A stretch of DNA of 64,000 bases from Azolla caroliniana (taxonomy: Eukaryota; Plantae; Polypodiophyta): contig JBHGNT010000001.1 in assembly GCA_043228905.1 (NCBI GenBank), positions 26,908,001 to 26,972,000 on the forward strand. The letters are read 5' to 3'. How positions within the stretch are numbered: the first letter of the stretch is position 1; every line of letters begins with the position of its first letter. Made by a program: the position numbers and the translations under genes. A model generated the notes under the pieces. That model had not been told where the DNA came from and made no database searches. It saw only the letters and a list, made by a program, of their open reading frames with translations. Positions 1-13,096 of this stretch are shown here, piece by piece.

Positions 1-2190
1 ATGCATGTTACAAAATATCAGAGGTTAAAGTTCGACGACAAGTCCAAATCATGCATATTCTTGGGGTACTCAGAAGACGAGTTTGGCTACAAGCTATGGG
101 ATCTCCTTGACAAGAAAGTGGTGAGGAGCCATGATATCGTATTCATGGAAGACAAGGCAATTGAAGACTGGAGACAGTAGAAACCAGTGTCGTCTTCCCA
201 GCCGGCTACTGTTATGGAGTCAGCACAAGCTGATCCCTCTCCCACACGACCGGCCTACAGACAACAATCAACCGATGCAACCGAATCTGAGCCAACCAGG
301 ATACAACAATAGGTTGATGCACATGAATCTGAGTCTAAAGATGAGTCGGTAGAAGAAACCGAATTTGAGCCGGTTGTTGAAGGAAGAAGATACCCACTCA
401 AGCAAAGGAAGGCCTCCTCTCAGTATCCAGCCAATCAATATGTCTTATTGACCGATGAAGATGAGCCAAAATGCTATGAAGAAGCCATGGCCGATGTGCA
501 CACGGAGAAGTGGTATAACACCATGCAAGATGAGATGGACTCCTTTTACGAAAATCACACCTATGATCTAGTGGAGCTACATGAAGGAAAGGGAGCTCTA
601 AGAAACAAGTGGGTCTACAAGTTGAAGATCGGAAAAGATAGCAGCCCACCTAGATATAAGGCCCGCATTGTGGTGAAGGGTTTTCAATAGAAAAAGGATG
701 TTGATTTTGATGAAATATTCGCAACATATGTAAAAATGGCATCCATCCGAACTGTATTGAGTATAGCTGCCAGTATGAATCTGGAGAAAGAACAATTGGA
801 TGTAAAAACAACATTCTTGCATGGGGATTTAGAAGAAGAAATTTTTATGTAGCAACCTAAGGGTTTTGTGATGAAAGAAAAAGAGAATATGGTATGTAGA
901 CTAAGAAAGAGCTTGTATGGTCTGAAGCAAGCTCATCGACAATGGTATAAGAAGTCTGAATCCTTCACGTTGGAACATGGATTCTATAAAACACAAGCCG
1001 ATCATTGTGTTTTTCTCAAGAGGTTTAGTGAAGGTGACTTCTTGATTCTCTTACTTTATGTAGATGACATGTTGATTGTCGGATAAGATGCTAAGAAGAT
1101 TGAGAGCTTAAAGAAAACTCCAAGTAAATCGTTTGCTATGAAGGATTCAGGTCCGGCTAAACAAATCGTGGGGATGCACATATTCTGGGACAGGACTAAA
1201 AATATGTTATGGTTGTCACAAGAGAAATATGTGACAAAAGTATTGCAAAGATTTAATACGTCTAATGCAAAACTTGTTGGATCTGCATTGCCGAAAAATT
1301 GTAAGCTAAATGTTAGTGAATGTCTGAAAAGTGAGAAGAATAAGGTTGAGATGAGAAGGGTGTTGTATGCCTCGGCCGTTGGAAGCCTAATGTATGCTAT
1401 GGTTTGTATTGGCCGGACATTGTGTTTGTGGTTGCAACAATAAGTCATTTCATGAGTAACCTTGGAAGGGAGCATTGGGCACCCGTAAAATGGATACTCC
1501 GATATTTGAAAGGCACTTCAAGTATATGCCTTAGATATGGCGCCAGGAAACCTATGCTCGAAGGTTTCACAAATTCTGACATGTCAAGGAACGTAGATTC
1601 CAACCAATCCACATCAAGATTGCAAAAGGCTATGGTCCTATCGACCACAAAGGCTGAGTATATGGTTGCGATGGAGGCCAAGAAAGAATTTATTTGGATG
1701 AAGAATTTTCTCAGTGAACTAGAAATGAAGCAAGAAAGATTCCTACTTCACTGTGATAACCAAAGTGTCATACATCTGGCCACGAATGTTGCCTATCACT
1801 CTCATACCAAGCACATACAGAGGAAGTATCATTGGTTACAAGAGGAAGTGGATGAAAATGAGTTTACTCTGGTGAAGATCCATATTGACGAAAATGGATC
1901 AGATATGCTTACGAAGATTTTACCTATGGAAAAACTCAACGCTTGCCGACTGAAGATAGGTCTAGCCGACTCTCCCTTACAAGAGTGAAGGGGGAGTCTA
2001 TTATGTATTGGGTCTCTCTTGACGGGAGAGATTGGTTGGAATGAGGACCAAATGGTCAGATCGACTAGTCGACCGATTTGAGGATCAGTCGGTTGGTTCG
2101 ACTAAAAGGTCGGAAGTGAGGGTCGAACGATCAAATCGACTAGAGGTCGAAAATTGGGTCGATCGGTCGAACCGACCTATCGGCCGACTA
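1..2190 (+). mobile_element. Degenerate Ty1/copia 3' part (integrase end, RT, RNase H, PPT, truncated 3' LTR); same family as element D
   Basis: Broken ORFs contain TDEDEPKCYEEA, YKARIVVKGFQ, LYVDDMLIVG and DENGSDMLTK with stops and frameshifts. PPT gaagggggag is at ~1987. Peptides are closely similar to 38400..42443. Confidence 0.93.

Positions 2191-2191
<1 letters not shown>

Positions 2192-2273
<82 letters not shown>
2192..2273. repeat. Compound (TA)n(GA)n microsatellite
   Basis: Directly visible; it truncates the preceding LTR. Confidence 0.97.
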
Positions 2274-2277
<4 letters not shown>

Positions 2278-2289
2278 AGGATTAAGTTA

Positions 2290-2700
2290 TTTTTAATGTC
2301 AGGAACATTGAAGTAAGATGTATCTATATTTTCCAGTTTCTTGTCCAAGTGACTCTTACATGGTTATTCAGCCTCCCATGTTTAGGTGCCCGACCCACAC
2401 ATTCGTGCACCAACCCACTTGCAAGGGCAACACTTTACCAATCATCTATATCCCTAGTTCTTGGGCTAAGACAAGCATATGCAAATTGATCAGATGCTTC
2501 TGATTTTAGCTATCAATTCCAAAATGAAGATGAGTTCTTACTCTGATGCAAGATATGTGATAAAAGCTGTCAAACATGAGTCTCCACATCTTTCCCAAGT
2601 TATGGGACATTAGCTTCAATTGCTTCTCAGTAAAGTGCCCCAATACCCACTTTTTCTTTGAATTTGAAAGAATCTGTTGTGCAAGAAAAAGTGGCAATCA
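2290..2700 (-). mobile_element. Possible very old L1 ORF1 (DUF4283-like) remnant
   Basis: Minus-strand reading ELGI*MIGKVLPLQVGW..VWV..ESLGQETGK loosely fits the plant L1 ORF1 pattern; weak. Confidence 0.25.
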
Positions 2701-3281
2701 CATATTATAATAATGTTTCATGGCCATCTTTATAATTTCTGCATATTTAATGTACAACAAACTCTATGTATGGTCAATAACAGCTTAACAGTAGTGACAT
2801 TGCACACTTCCTTGTGATTGGTTGCACAAGTAAGACAAGCACTTAATCATCATACCAATACTCGATACTTGTGACCAATCCTAGACTAAAATATAGGACC
2901 TAGAAACAAAGGGCCTTCACAGTAATCAGATAACGATATACAGAGTGATGTATGGAAAGAGCATTACATATACTCTAAAAAAAATATGGAATCAGAAAGT
3001 ATGCTTCAAAAACAATCATAACGAATTTATGAAGGTATGGAGAACCTTACATTCTTATAGCTCCATAATTATGAAAACGTGTCGTAAAAGAATAAAACCT
3101 AGGTGAGCTTTGAAACAACCTGAGAAGGTAATGACACAAAATTTGGGGCAACAATGTTAGATGCTCCTTCCTCAGACACTATATTAGTTCTTGACATTAC
3201 AGAATTTTGCTTCTAAAGAACAACAATTTGTTCATAAGGGCCACAGTTTTAACATAGAAAAATCTAAAAACAATTCATATG

Positions 3282-6200
3282 TTAACGAGCGGGAACTTTG
3301 GCGTCGCTAGCTACAATCTTCACAATATCTACATTCACTGCCTCGGTCTCCGTCTTGAATGAAGCCTTCTCAAGAAAGAATGTCCATGTGTTGTCATAGT
3401 ACCTGTATGTGTGCAGATGTCCCTGAAAAATAATAGGTGAAAGAAGTGTCTCTTCTCTTTCCCTCTCCCTTTTGCATTCTCTTATAGAAAATAATACTAA
3501 ATCATGACTATAAAGGTCCTAATGTATTAAAGAGAATAATCAACATACTCTTCATATTACACAGTCAAATTCACAAAGGTGAACTAGTATGATATAAGAA
3601 CCTTTGTAGCTAAGATTCAGAAATGTTTTTAGCAATCAACACTGTAAGATTGACAAACATGCAGTAGATGTGATAGTTCTAGAAAATGACATGCATGAAA
3701 TGATGGTATAGAGTTTTGGAGTAAATCTTATCAGAAAAAAAAGCAATAAAGGTTTAGACATGCATGGAATGATTGTATATGTATTTTGGAGTCAAATCTT
3801 TTCAGCTACCAAAAGCAACAAGTAGTGGGTGATCTAAGGAAGTCACCTATGAAACCAGAACAATTAGAAAGCCAGTTTAAAATTCAGCAGAAAATCTGGT
3901 ATTAGGCCCTTTCATACTAAAACCAAAAGCTCGTATTCAAGAATGTACAGGCGACAACAGGAAATAGTTTCGAAACTACAATGGACAGATCTCAAAGAAT
4001 GCATCATTCTTGAGATACTCCATAATAAAATGGAGAATCAAGCTCATGATGATGTATTAATGCTGCTGCAATTGCATAGACAGTAAGGGCTGCATTTGAA
4101 AACCAATAACTCAAACTAAGTACACATGACACCATTCAAGCCACATGCACACAGTAACAAGGAGAAGGTCCGTTCATTCCTTACATCCATACATAAATGT
4201 TTTGATGCTACCATTTCAATACATATTGAGCACAAAACAAATCACCTTTGTTATTTACACCATGTAAAACTCCCATAAAATTTCAGGTCTATCTATAGAG
4301 ACCTTCAATAGGCACACATAATAGAATGTTCAGAAGATAACACTCTTTCAAAACCCATAAAAGTTCTTATGATAGACATTTCAATAGCCATAAAGGTTCA
4401 TAATACATGTAATCATCAAAATATTTACCAAAAAACATCCTAGAACCAGGAAGGTGGATAACACATGTACCAAAATTTTCATATTTTCTATTCAAGTTAC
4501 AAATTGTGAAAAAACCATTAAAACGTGAAGTGTCCAAATAAATCATGAACTTCCTTCACATATACTATTTTCCACCATATAATAAATCCCTAAGACCAGG
4601 GAATATGATCAATAGTGACCACATGAATATGCTTTTATGCACTTCTTTTAACATAACAGAAACATGGTTCATACCTGTAATCAGGTATAAATGTGTGCCC
4701 CCTTTATCCACTAAAAACCAAGAAATTTTCCTTCACGTTTACTATTTTCCACCATATAATAAACCCCTAAGACCAGGGAATGTGATCAATAGTGACCACA
4801 TGAATATGCTTTTATGCACTTCTTTTAACATATAGAAACATGATTCGTACCAGTAATCAGGTAAAATGTGTGCCTTTATCCACTAAACACCAGGAAAATT
4901 GTCAAACTTGACATGAAGAAATATTTATAACACAAGCAAAATCTGATAAATATTACACATCTACATAAATTTCTACTGAATTTGAGGTATTTTCTTATAA
5001 TTTTCTATTATTCTTGAAGATGACAGTTTAATAAAGAAAATTTTCTAAACAATGATCCAGACTCCATCAACACTCCAAGAAAGATAATATGCAATCATAT
5101 CTGATGCTCTACTAACAGATAATTTATCAAAATTCAAAGCATGTGTTTTAACGTACAAATCATTATGCATAAAAATGAAATGCACACCTTGAATGTGACT
5201 TTAGATCTCGCTCTTGTCTGCAAAGCCTCATTTATTGACTGCAAGCATTAGTCAGCAGTAGACTTGTTACAGATCAAATATACTATGTGTCTGATTAATG
5301 ATTGCATCATAAAAAATAAATCTAGTAAACTGACACCAAAAAGAAAGGAAAGTATGAAAATGAATTTAAGATAATACAAAAGGACTTCTTAGAAGGAACA
5401 AACTGCAAAAGTAGGAAAACACAAAGTTAGGATTGTTTCCCAATTCTAACCTTGTCAACAGCGTCAAGCTTCTAACGGCAAAAAAAATGCATCAAACTGA
5501 GAGGGAAGCAAAAAAAGAGATGAAATGAAACACAGAATTGATTTTGCTTAACCTTACCCATCACGATTCTCTTGAAAAGACATCAAACATGAAGTACAAT
5601 GAACGCCTCAGGAAAACATCAAAGGAACCAGGATACATTTTTATTCTAAGCTTACCAAAATAAAGGAAATCAAAAATGCAAAAAGATGTAATTTTGAAAC
5701 CTGCCTGTCAAACTGCACCAATATTCTGACAGAGAAACAGCAAAAGGATATGAAGTAGAAGGAAAAACAAAATATAAGGATTTATTTTGTTCTTCTAAAC
5801 TTACAGAGTGCACAAGAGTAAAATGAAATTAAATGAAATGATTGATTTCCTTTTGACCTTGCTTACAACAATTCTGACAGCATTAGGATGACCAAATAAA
5901 AAGGAAAAGACAAGAAAACGCATAAGAATTATGATAAGTCACCTGACTACCTTATGGAACCCGTCAAGTTTCTAATAGAAGAAAGGAAAGCTAACAAAAG
6001 AAATGGAACTAGAAAAAGCAAAACAAAAGAATTTTAATGGATTTTGATTCTGACCTTGTCGGAAAAGATTCCCACAGAGAAGAGTACAATAGACAACAGA
6101 AAGGAAAGAACGAGCAGACGGAAGAAATAGATGATACTTCTGCCTTAGTCAAACTGCATCAAGAATCCCAAAGACAGAAAATTGCTCATGTTAAAAAAGA

Positions 6201-6913
6201 AGACAACTTGCAGGGGCAAGAAAGAGCACGGTTAGACAGCTTTCGATTCTAAAATTGTAGAAAACAAGATTCTGACGCGGAAGAACACATAGTTGATCGA
6301 ACAAAAACAACAAAAAAGAAGAACAAGCTATGAGAATTCTCGAACTGCATCATGATTCTCACGGTGAAGAAGACATAGACAAGAATAAAGCAGAGATGTA
6401 ATGAAAAGAAACACAACCGTTTGATTAATTGCTATTCTAGCCTTGTGGAACTGCATCCAGATTCTCACAGGAGAATAGATAGAAACAGAAAACACCAGCA
6501 AACAGGAAAGGTAAGGAAAACATAGAGAGAATGGAATCATCAACTTCTAATCTTGTCAAAATGCATCAGGATTCTCATGGCGAAGAAGATATAGATTACA
6601 GGGGGAGGGGGGAAAGAGAATGGAGTAATCAGGAGAATAGAAGAGTGGTACATGGAGTAATCAAGAGCAGAGAAGAATAGAACATAGAAACGGAAGACAA
6701 CAGATACGAAAGGGAAACAAAACAAGGAGAGTGCAATGAAATAAGGGGGGGAAATGATCAGGTTCTGAGAAGAGTGACCTTGTCGAACTGCATCAGGATT
6801 CTCATAGCGAGGAGAGGGGGGATAGAGCCATTGGAGACGAGTTCATCCAAAGCTTCAGTGAGGCTGGTCCCGATCTTCGTCTTTCTGTAGAGCTCGCAAG
6901 CGTTAGCTTCCAT
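3282..6913 (-). CDS. TFIIA-S: Transcription factor IIA gamma (small) subunit, 108 aa; exons 6913-6779, 5238-5188, 3422-3282
   Basis: Spliced translation with GT-AG phase-0 introns: [45 protein letters not shown]|[17 protein letters not shown]|[46 protein letters not shown]. It carries the TFIIA-gamma motifs ELYR..IG, QFDK and GHLHTYR..DN.WTF. Not in the ORF track. Confidence 0.95.
4549..4900. repeat. ~178-bp tandem duplication in TFIIA-gamma intron 2
   Basis: ttccttcac...tactattttccaccatataataaa...tttatccactaaa occurs twice, near-identical. Confidence 0.9.
5440..6600 (-). repeat. Degenerate ~100-bp-period array of exon-1 3' end / 5' splice-site copies in TFIIA-gamma intron 1
   Basis: Plus-strand motif accttgtcgaactgcatcaggattctca (the true exon end, 6777-6804) recurs degenerately at ~6550, 6440, 6337, 6252, 6142, 6053, 5949, 5856, 5699, 5550 and 5448. 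Confidence 0.8.
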
Positions 6914-6965
6914 GGAAACCTTGGCGCCTGTCGCTGAGGGACTTGACTGTGTGCAGTTCCTTTCG

Positions 6966-6973
6966 TTTATATA
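6966..6973 (-). promoter_or_regulatory. TATA box of TFIIA-gamma
   Basis: TATATAAA on the minus strand, 53-60 nt upstream of the ATG. Confidence 0.6.
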
Positions 6974-7194
6974 GTATAAGTATAGGAGGGGGCAATCTGC
7001 GTGAAAAAAGTGGGGATCCCTCCTGTCGACCTATTTATACTAAGTAGTAAGGAGGGGTAGACTTGGTAAAAATTAAATAAAAAATGGCCCCCAGCCTGAG
7101 TTTCCCTTAATTCCCCAAAATGCCCCTCCCTTCCCTTCCCTTCCCTTCCCTTCCCGAGTTAGGAGTAAATGTCACCTAATCCTCTCTCATAAAC

Positions 7195-8600
7195 TACTTG
7201 AGGTCGTGGGATCATATGTATACTTGGGAGTCACTTTTAGTGCTCGCTCAGGTAAATTCTCGATGACCCAGGCATCCAAAGATAGGCTAACGAGAGGGTA
7301 TGCATCCCTCTCGCTCTTAGAGAGACAATGCCACCAGGCATACTTTCAAGAGCCATGGACTAAGGGATGGCTCTTCGACTCATTAGTGACCCCTTCCCTC
7401 ATGTATGCATCAGTAGTATGGGCTCCATGTCTACCATCTTTCATGTGGACGCAATTAGAGAGACCTTTGGTGACGATGTTATCACGTCAACTCCGAAGCA
7501 AATCGACAATACCACATGACATTATTAGAGCAAAGTTCAGTCTACCCCCGATGTTAGTAGAAGCACTCTTTCAAGTGGTAGTTTTTATTCATCGGATACA
7601 TAGTCAACCACAAGATAGGATATCTCGTCAAGCCTTTGAGGCATCCCGATCCCTACATACGTCTGGAGACACTAGCTCTTGGTATAGCATTGTGGTGAGT
7701 TGGTTACTTGCAAACGACATAGAAATTAATAACCTACCTCCCCTCAAGTACAACCATGGGACTGGTCAAACTCTAATCTCTCATGAAGAATGTAATAAAG
7801 TGATACGCCAAGAAATATGGCAAATTTACACTCGATATAAATGGATCACCCCACGAGAGCCACTTCCATCGAAAATGTTGTACTATAAGGAACACATCTT
7901 GCACTTCTCTAAGTTAGGTTTTATTACACGACCAAGATATCTAGATACATTCTTATCAAACGCACTAAGGGTGGCCATTGGACAACTTAGGATATCATCT
8001 CACCAACTTGAGATTAAGAATGGTCGGGCTAATAGAGTCCCTAGAGAGGAAAGACTATGTAGGTTATGCCATATAGAGATAGAGGATTAGTATCACTTCA
8101 CATGCAAGTGCCCAAATTATGCCGAGATACGGGCGAAATACCAAGACATATTAGGACCCTCTCCCACCTTCTCCAAACTATTAGATACCCCGAGTGTAAA
8201 GAGACTAGGTAGGTATATTTTAGAACTAAAACAATATAGGGAGAATAAATTACAAAGTGTTAACCATAACCCTTTTACTATTCATCAACATGTAACTAGT
8301 GTAATTTTTCAAGAACAAGGGGAGACGATGAATGTGGATACACTTATGCCGTTTGGCCTCTCCCTTGAGGAAGTAGAAATGCAAAGAACAACCAAACGCC
8401 CTTGGATGTTGGGCTTCAAAACAAGCCAACGTGGAGTAGAAAAGATTAAGAAGATAAGGGAACGTGAGCTACGTCGACTATAAGGTATGGTTGGGGTATC
8501 TTTTACATTGGGACCACGGGCCACATCCATATCACAACCCTTTGACCTCCCACTTCTCTTCTTCGAGACTTGGATGGAAATGAAATTAGGCCTAGTTTAA
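7195..8600 (+). mobile_element. 5'-truncated non-LTR retrotransposon (LINE) ORF2 C-terminal part
   Basis: The 294-aa ORF has YVYLGV, LFDSLVTPSLMYASVVW and a C-terminal Cys/His motif RLCRLC..E.ED*YHF..KCP. Related to the LINE at 23576/46079. Confidence 0.85.
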
Positions 8601-9129
8601 CATCATTTTCATTGTAGAACAATTTTGTTATTTTCTTAGAACTATTTAGCTTAAACTCTATTTTTATCTTATTTTTATTTTTACTTTCGATGAATGGGTA
8701 AATATCCCATTTTTTTGTAAACCATTTGTCTCCTGGGCCAATTTTAGCCTTAGAAGACGTAATATATCTTTCTTTCTTTCTTCACATTTATAATAATAGC
8801 GAGAAAGGGATAGTCTGTAGCAATAGACTCGAGACTTTAAACAACGGAATCTCTCGGTAAGCACCCTTCTCACCTCCACAACTACACATGGATTTGTGAT
8901 ATCTTATGGTTCGTCACAATGGCCCATATTAGATCATGTTGATCGCTTTACCCAAAAAGGTGATTGGTGCAAAGCTCAAGCTATTGTACTCTCTGATTAC
9001 ATGATGGAATCTCCCACCTCTTCTGTTTGAAATAACATGATTCACTATCCTTTGTAGATCTAGTGGTCCGACAACAGACCATGCATATCTACAATTTGAT
9101 GTAAAGGATGGATGCACAAAGGGGGTGTA

Positions 9130-9810
9130 TATGCTAAAAGGATAGTGGATTGGTGTAGTGTTAATTTACTCGAGAGACATTCTTGAATCAGATCATTTCT
9201 CACCCCTAGATGAACTTACAAATGAATCGTCAAAGTCATTGCATAAAGTAGCCACAAATGTCTTTCCCTGCACAAGAAGCAATGAACCCAAACTTGGTCA
9301 AGCTATACAAAACAATTGGTATGATGAGGAATGTCAGTATACAAGGTAATGCTTGCAGTGTGAAGTAATTCGGGGGATTTATACAGACAAACAGGCAAGA
9401 GAAACCTTCCAACAACAAGAATAAGTGATCATATTTACCTAAAATTGAAGATCATGTGTATCACTAGTTCATAGGACAAGAGAGTAGAAGAGCATGGAGA
9501 ATGTTTAACAAAAGGAAACCTACCACACAATTGGCCTCACCTCATGTGTGGTACCCCTGGGCAGCCCACTCCCCCGCCCACATGTATGACACCCACGTGA
9601 ATCCAACCTTTTACTTCACAAAATGTAAGAAACGCCATTGATGGGTTACAATCTAGGAAGGCTCAAGATCATGGTGAATTGGTAGATGAACAATTTATCT
9701 ATGCTCGTGACATCACAAACATCGATATTACGTACCTTTAATAGAGCTACGTGTGAATGTTTCTTTGCTAATTGAGCAGAACATACCATTGTGACAATCT
9801 TCATACATGA
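9130..9810 (+). mobile_element. Degenerate LINE ORF2 fragment (pre-RT region)
   Basis: WYDEEC and KAQDHG...YLFNRA...TIVTIF-like remnants with many stops. Confidence 0.5.
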
Positions 9811-9819
9811 TTTTCAAGA

Positions 9820-12780
9820 GCTCATTCAAGGTTGTATAGCTTTCAAGAAACGACCCCAAGTTACCCAACGTGATAGCAAAGAGAGAATTGAGTTACGTAT
9901 TGTTTAGCAACATGTGTGCAAGATCACATGTTGACCTACATCCAAGATGCAAAGGCCCTAAAGGAAGCATGGAGAATTTGAAGAAATGTGTTAACAACAA
10001 CTTGGAAGCTTCAACTACATTAGGACTTGAATTATATTTTGTAGAGGGATATGTCCATGATGGACAATACCTTCAAGCTCGAGGCATTGTGTGATTCAGT
10101 CGCCTCCATCAATGCCATAGTCAACAATAATGAGATGATGGGAATCTACCTCAATCGCCTCACACATCATAAGTATGGCGCATTTCGAACAACCACAACA
10201 AGAGGCTAAACACCAAGCTTTTTTAACTTGCACCCATGTTGATGGTCAAGGAGAACCATATGTAATAAAAAAGCTTGGCATTTGATGGGCATATATTGTA
10301 TACATAGGAAGATCTCGATCGAGGTTACGACCATTAAAACCATGGGAGGAATGGTTGAGGAAGAGAGGTAGACAAGGTTCACAACAATATATTCTCAGCA
10401 ACAAAGGTGGAAGCACTGTAGGGAATTCTATCATAAGAGGGAGCTTCCATCCATACACGAGCGAGACTTGCTAATCAGGTAAAGACCCAACAAAGAATCA
10501 ATGCTCATTCAAAATGACCAAACCTTAGGTATTGCCATTAGATTATTTCCTAGGATGAAGAAACCTTCTAAGTAGTATCGCCTCGGTGGTACACCCATAC
10601 AAAAAGAAGAAAGGACAAAATGCATAAGCACAAGGCCAAGAACACGACCTCGGGTAACAACTTTGAGGAGTTACCCTAATTGGTCAATAGTGAATATCAT
10701 GTGCCTTTAATAAGGACATTGGGAGTATTAAAGATCATGGCAAACCAAGAACTTAAGAATTACACAGGAGCTGCCCAAGATCCTTGTTGGATTTTGACAA
10801 TGAAGGACGTGTTGCGAGCATTGGTCAACAACAAAACTTAGGATTTATTCTCAACCTTCAGACCTAGGAAGAAGCAAATAAGTTTCTATTGGGTGTTCAA
10901 GAGTAAATACAACATGACAGACACAATCAACTAGACCCACGACATAAACGATGAGGAAACCTTTGCCCTAATGGAAAAGGTTGGCTACAATGCAGAAGGC
11001 AATTACACTTGTAGGAACGAAAGAGTGAAATTTGCATTAAAATAGTCATGAAGAATGTTTTCCTCGATTGCAAGATTAAGGATGAAGTTTATAGAATCAA
11101 TCACTCAACTTTGAATCGAGCAAACATTTGATGTGGTTTGCGTATTGAAGAAGTTGCTCTTGGAGGGAAGAAAGCCCTGAGAAGCATGGTATTCACAGAT
11201 AAGACGTATCATCACAACATCAACTTCCAGATGTCAAAATATGACAGTTCATCGTAAATCGAGAACAATCCCAAAAGCCTTCTCTTCATTATCATGTACG
11301 TTGATGAACTTTTCATCAATAGAGAAAGCCCAATTGCAACACAAAAGATCTAATAGTTACTTTCAAAAAAGTTCGAGATGGGCTGTAACAAGTTACATAT
11401 TTTCATGGCATCAATGTCATTCAAACTCTATACGGGTTCATGGTCTCATAATGACACTATGTGTTGAACTTGCACTACAAGTTCAAAATGACTGAGTGTA
11501 AGTCCATCTCGACGCCCCTTGAAGATAATCAAGACTCTGACGAGTTATACAAATTGACATAGTATCGACATATAATCGAGATTCTTTTCTATCTGACAAT
11601 CACTCGATTAGATCTTAGTTACCCAGTCAGGATCCTTAGTCGGATCATGCAAACCCCACATCATTTGAATATTATGATATGCCAATGGAACATGATCATG
11701 GTTTCTTCTACAATCACAAAGTACTGCTTCAACTTGAATGGGTGAGTTATGTAGCCAATGTAGTAATCTTGGCAGATAATTGGGAGTTTCGTCTATTTGA
11801 CAATCACCTGGCTAGACACAATTACCTAGTCGAGCTCCTTAGCTAGTTCATGCAAACCCCCTTGCAACACTCACATCGACTATGCCAAATGAATGTTACT
11901 ATATGTTAGTGGAACACTTGATCATGGTATCTTATTCAAGTATGGAGTATCACTTCAACTTGAATGGTTCACAAATGTTGATGGGGCAAGCAACACATTA
12001 GACTTGAAATTTACATTGGGATTTATGTTTTCACTCGAAAGTAGAGTGATCTCCTTGAGTAGCAAGAAACAACCAATAGTTACTCCCCAAGCACTAGGGC
12101 AGAGTATAGGGGTGTAGCCGTACTTGCATGTGAAGTCTTGTGGCTTAAAAGACTATTGAAATTCTTCAACAAATCGGTCAATGACCTGATATTGATCCCG
12201 CCGTGACAATCTCCATAACATCTAACTAACAAAGAATCTAGTGTTTCATGCTCGGACAAAACATATTGAGGTGCACTATCACTATATCTGTGAACTGATA
12301 TTGGTAAGAAATATCGATCTCTAATCCATTAACACTAACAAGGAAGTGGCTGATATTTTCATAGAGGCACCAAGTCTTGACAATATGTGATAATTCTCGA
12401 TGGATCTATGCTTTAGAACACTTGATATAACAAGCTTGAAGGGGGGTACAAGGGCAAGGACAAATAATGAAAATGAGGTTATCTTGAGAAAGCCCAATGA
12501 AGGCTTGACATTGACTTGGCACCTGAAGGCAACAAGATCAAAGGTAAGCCTAACAAAGACTTTGCACTTGATGATAATATAAAGTATCCATGCCCGATTT
12601 AGAACTAAAAGACAAGGGAGGACTAGATCGGAAAAAGAAGATAAGACCAACAAAGAGTCATATGGATAATCTTAATAAAGAATAAGAGAGATGGGATAAG
12701 CTTGATAAAAAATCAACTCTCGAGATGAAGAGAAGAGAAGAGGAATAGCGAGACTGACATCAACCAAGTAAGGTCATTGT
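9820..12780 (+). mobile_element. Highly degenerate Ty1/copia (gag, RT, RNase H, PPT, 3' LTR remnant)
   Basis: Remnants of ISLSSKKQPIV, VFHARTKHIEVHYHY and EVADIF; PPT ttgaaggggggt at ~12436. Confidence 0.75.
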
Positions 12781-12811
12781 GTCAAGAGAAGCACGTAAAG
12801 ATAGATGCCAA

Positions 12812-12908
12812 CATACATATACGTATACGTATACACATATACATATACGTATACATACACATATACATATATACACATGCGTATACGTATACGGTATACA
12901 TATATGTA
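12812..12908. repeat. (AC/AT/ACGT) purine-pyrimidine microsatellite upstream of the UBC gene
   Basis: Directly visible. Confidence 0.9.
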
Positions 12909-13096
12909 CATCCGCCATCTCACTTACAAATAATACATAGTCTTTTCGTTTAATAATAGAAGGGCACTCAAAGCCTTCTTCCCCCACTCGGAACTCCCCT
13001 CACCCCCGTTGACAGACTGAGACCGACAGCATTTCTTCCGTCGTACCATGATCCTGCTCCCCTCGCGTTCCTAAGACCTCACACCGACACTAATCC

